Of a DNA stretch of 17,941 nt, positions 16,188 to 17,941 are shown piece after piece. Position 1 is the first letter of the stretch; each line of letters begins with the position of its first letter. The notes beneath the pieces were generated by a model that saw only the letters and a program-made list of their open reading frames with translations, ran no database searches and had not been told where the DNA came from. A program made the position numbers and the translations under genes. Source of the DNA: Phycisphaerae bacterium (lineage in GTDB: Bacteria; Planctomycetota; Phycisphaerae; UBA1845; Fen-1342); the NCBI GenBank assembly GCA_050115495.1, contig JASFQK010000061.1, positions 1 to 17,941 on the forward strand, read 5' to 3'.

Positions 16188-17618
16188 TTATGGGTGCCAG
16201 GCGCGCAGTCCGGCAAGCCGGGTATCGGCTTCGGGGCCGGCGATGGCGGTGATTTCGCCGCGATCCTGTGCGGCTCGCGACTCATTTTCGTACGTGTGCT
16301 GAGCGCTGCTGGCCGAGAGCGACACGGCCAGCAGGACGGCCGCGAGCACCAGCCATGCCGTGACAGCGGTAACGGCGACGCTGAGCAGCCCGCCACGCCG
16401 GGCCGGCCGCGCGGGCAGCAGTGACGCCAGGCACAGCAGCGCCGCGACCAGTGCCCCGGCGAATATCGGTAGACGCGGCCAGCCGGTGTCGTCCACGCCG
16501 AATCGGCGGAGGTCGAGCGTCGCCGACAGCGGGTCCACCAGCCACCACACGACCCAGCCACCGACGGCCAAACCGGCGACCACCAACCCCGCAACCTGAC
16601 GCCGCGGGATCGGCGACAGGAACGACCGGCGGCACAGGCCGGCGGAGATCAGGGCGAGAGCGCCGGCGATCAACGTGGCTCCGGCCAGCCAGACGGCCAG
16701 GCTCGTACGCCACAACAGCCGGTTGTACGCCGGCGGCACGGGCTCCGGCCCCGCCGCCTCGCTGAGCAGGAAGATCGGTTGGGGTCGGTCGAGCGCGGCT
16801 TCGCGATACGCGGCACGCCAGGCACGCAGCTCCGCCACCAGTTCGGGAGCCGGTGCCGCCGTCAGGGCGTGTTCCAGGTGGTTGGCGAGCAGATCGGCGG
16901 CGAGCAGGCGCAGGCCGGCCGGGCCCTCGGCGAGCGTCCACTCGCGGAGCAGCGTCCGGTTGATCCGTGCACACACGACTGCCGACTCATCGCCGGCGTC
17001 GAGGCGGGCCGCGGTTAGCCGATCCAGCCGGTCGGTGAGGTACTGGAGCAGGGGCCCGTGGGCGTACGCAACGAGCCGGCTCGACTCGCTACGGGCCGTG
17101 CCGGGGCCGAGCCCGAGCTCTTCGAGGGCCGGCGCGCGTTGGGCGATCAGTTCGGCGAGATAGTGCTGAAAACCGCCGGTTGCGAGACCGGATAGCAGCG
17201 GCTCCACTTGCGGCCACCAGTCGGCGGGTGGCTGGCCGGCTCGTTCGAGGTCGAGCATGACGAACGCCGCCAGTTGCAGCCGGCCGAACTGCGTGTGGTC
17301 GAGTTCGCCGAGGTTCTGCTGGAGGGTGTCGCGGCCGGCGGCGTGGGCGGGATCTTGCAGGGCGTGGGTGAAGTCCCGGCTGAAGTTGACCATCCACAGG
17401 CCGTCGCGCGCCTCGGGCGACAGCCGGGCGTTGGCCTGCCGCATGGCCCGATAATACGCCTCATCGTTGAGCTGCCGCAGTCGAACGCCGGGCAGGCTCT
17501 GCCAGAACCCCCGAAGCTGCCCGGTGGCCACGGCACTAACGACAAACGCCGCGCAGAGCAGCACCATGCGTCCCCAACGCGGTCGAGCACTGGCGGCTTT
17601 CACCTCACGTCGCTGCAT
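16188..17618 (-). CDS. Hypothetical membrane protein (476 aa)
   Basis: Long Leu/Ala-rich ORF with one N-terminal hydrophobic segment, a large soluble domain and about 4 C-terminal hydrophobic helices. It stops 52 nt before the tnaA start. No family recognised. Confidence 0.7.
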   Translation of the reverse strand: MQRREVKAASARPRWGRMVLLCAAFVVSAVATGQLRGFWQSLPGVRLRQLNDEAYYRAMRQANARLSPEARDGLWMVNFSRDFTHALQDPAHAAGRDTLQQNLGELDHTQFGRLQLAAFVMLDLERAGQPPADWWPQVEPLLSGLATGGFQHYLAELIAQRAPALEELGLGPGTARSESSRLVAYAHGPLLQYLTDRLDRLTAARLDAGDESAVVCARINRTLLREWTLAEGPAGLRLLAADLLANHLEHALTAAPAPELVAELRAWRAAYREAALDRPQPIFLLSEAAGPEPVPPAYNRLLWRTSLAVWLAGATLIAGALALISAGLCRRSFLSPIPRRQVAGLVVAGLAVGGWVVWWLVDPLSATLDLRRFGVDDTGWPRLPIFAGALVAALLCLASLLPARPARRGGLLSVAVTAVTAWLVLAAVLLAVSLSASSAQHTYENESRAAQDRGEITAIAGPEADTRLAGLRAWHP

Positions 17619-17743
17619 GGCCGCAGGCTATGCCGGCGAGGCGCGGTCGACAAGGGGGGGAGGAAGAAGGCAACGAGGCAGCCCCTTCGGCTCCACTCAG
17701 GGTGCCGAGGCAGCGGAGCGGTCGGGGGCCGATCGCCCTCCCT

Positions 17744-17775
17744 CTGCTCCTTTGCTCCTCTGCCCCTTTGCCCCT
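17744..17775. repeat. Short tandem octamer repeat
   Basis: CTGCTCCT TTGCTCCT CTGCCCCT TTGCCCCT (four copies of YTGCYCCT). Confidence 0.6.
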
Positions 17776-17941
17776 GCATCGCAGCTTGCTCGTGGGCCGA
17801 GGACGCGTATTCGGTTGTCAAAGATCCGCTCCGGTGCTGCGCTGAGTGACCGCGAGGGTGCGGTTCCGTGCAGGCAGCCGTGTCCTGGCGTTCGCCGATG
17901 CGAGCGGCGTCCTCTGAGCACCGTTGCCGTGTTCACCGAGG

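Noticed and set aside
16188..16230. Upstream protein's C-terminus (RAWHP-stop) acting as a TnaC-like arrest peptide
   Set aside because: Trp is 2 residues before the final Pro rather than 12, and the other TnaC residues are not matched.
17620..17941. Short ORFs at the right edge
   Set aside because: They are low-complexity, repeat-derived translations with no RBS or motifs. A gene extending beyond the window cannot be excluded.

Overview
High-GC bacterial chromosomal segment, most likely from a planctomycete (Phycisphaerae-like). This is inferred from the PEP-CTERM proteins, the WPQWGG-type PQQ-like propeller and a Cys-containing dockerin-like C-terminus. It holds 12 credible CDSs: two PEP-CTERM surface proteins, bifunctional ftcD, tsaB, a LolA-like exported protein, a PQQ/BamB-like propeller, a PilT-family ATPase, a nitroreductase, a secreted ankyrin + M14 carboxypeptidase + dockerin-like protein, an EEP-family protein frameshifted at a G7 tract, tryptophanase tnaA and a membrane hypothetical. 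I saw no rRNA, tRNA, CRISPR array, transposase or integrase. The intergenic DNA is the most unusual part. It carries several GTAG-headed REP-like families with compensatory stem changes, a 366-bp REPIN-like palindromic cluster, identical 30-bp REPs bracketing the nitroreductase (one supplies its stop codon), two candidate structured RNAs next to the PEP-CTERM genes, and poly-G tracts. No new system can be proven from sequence alone; the best candidates are listed under findings.
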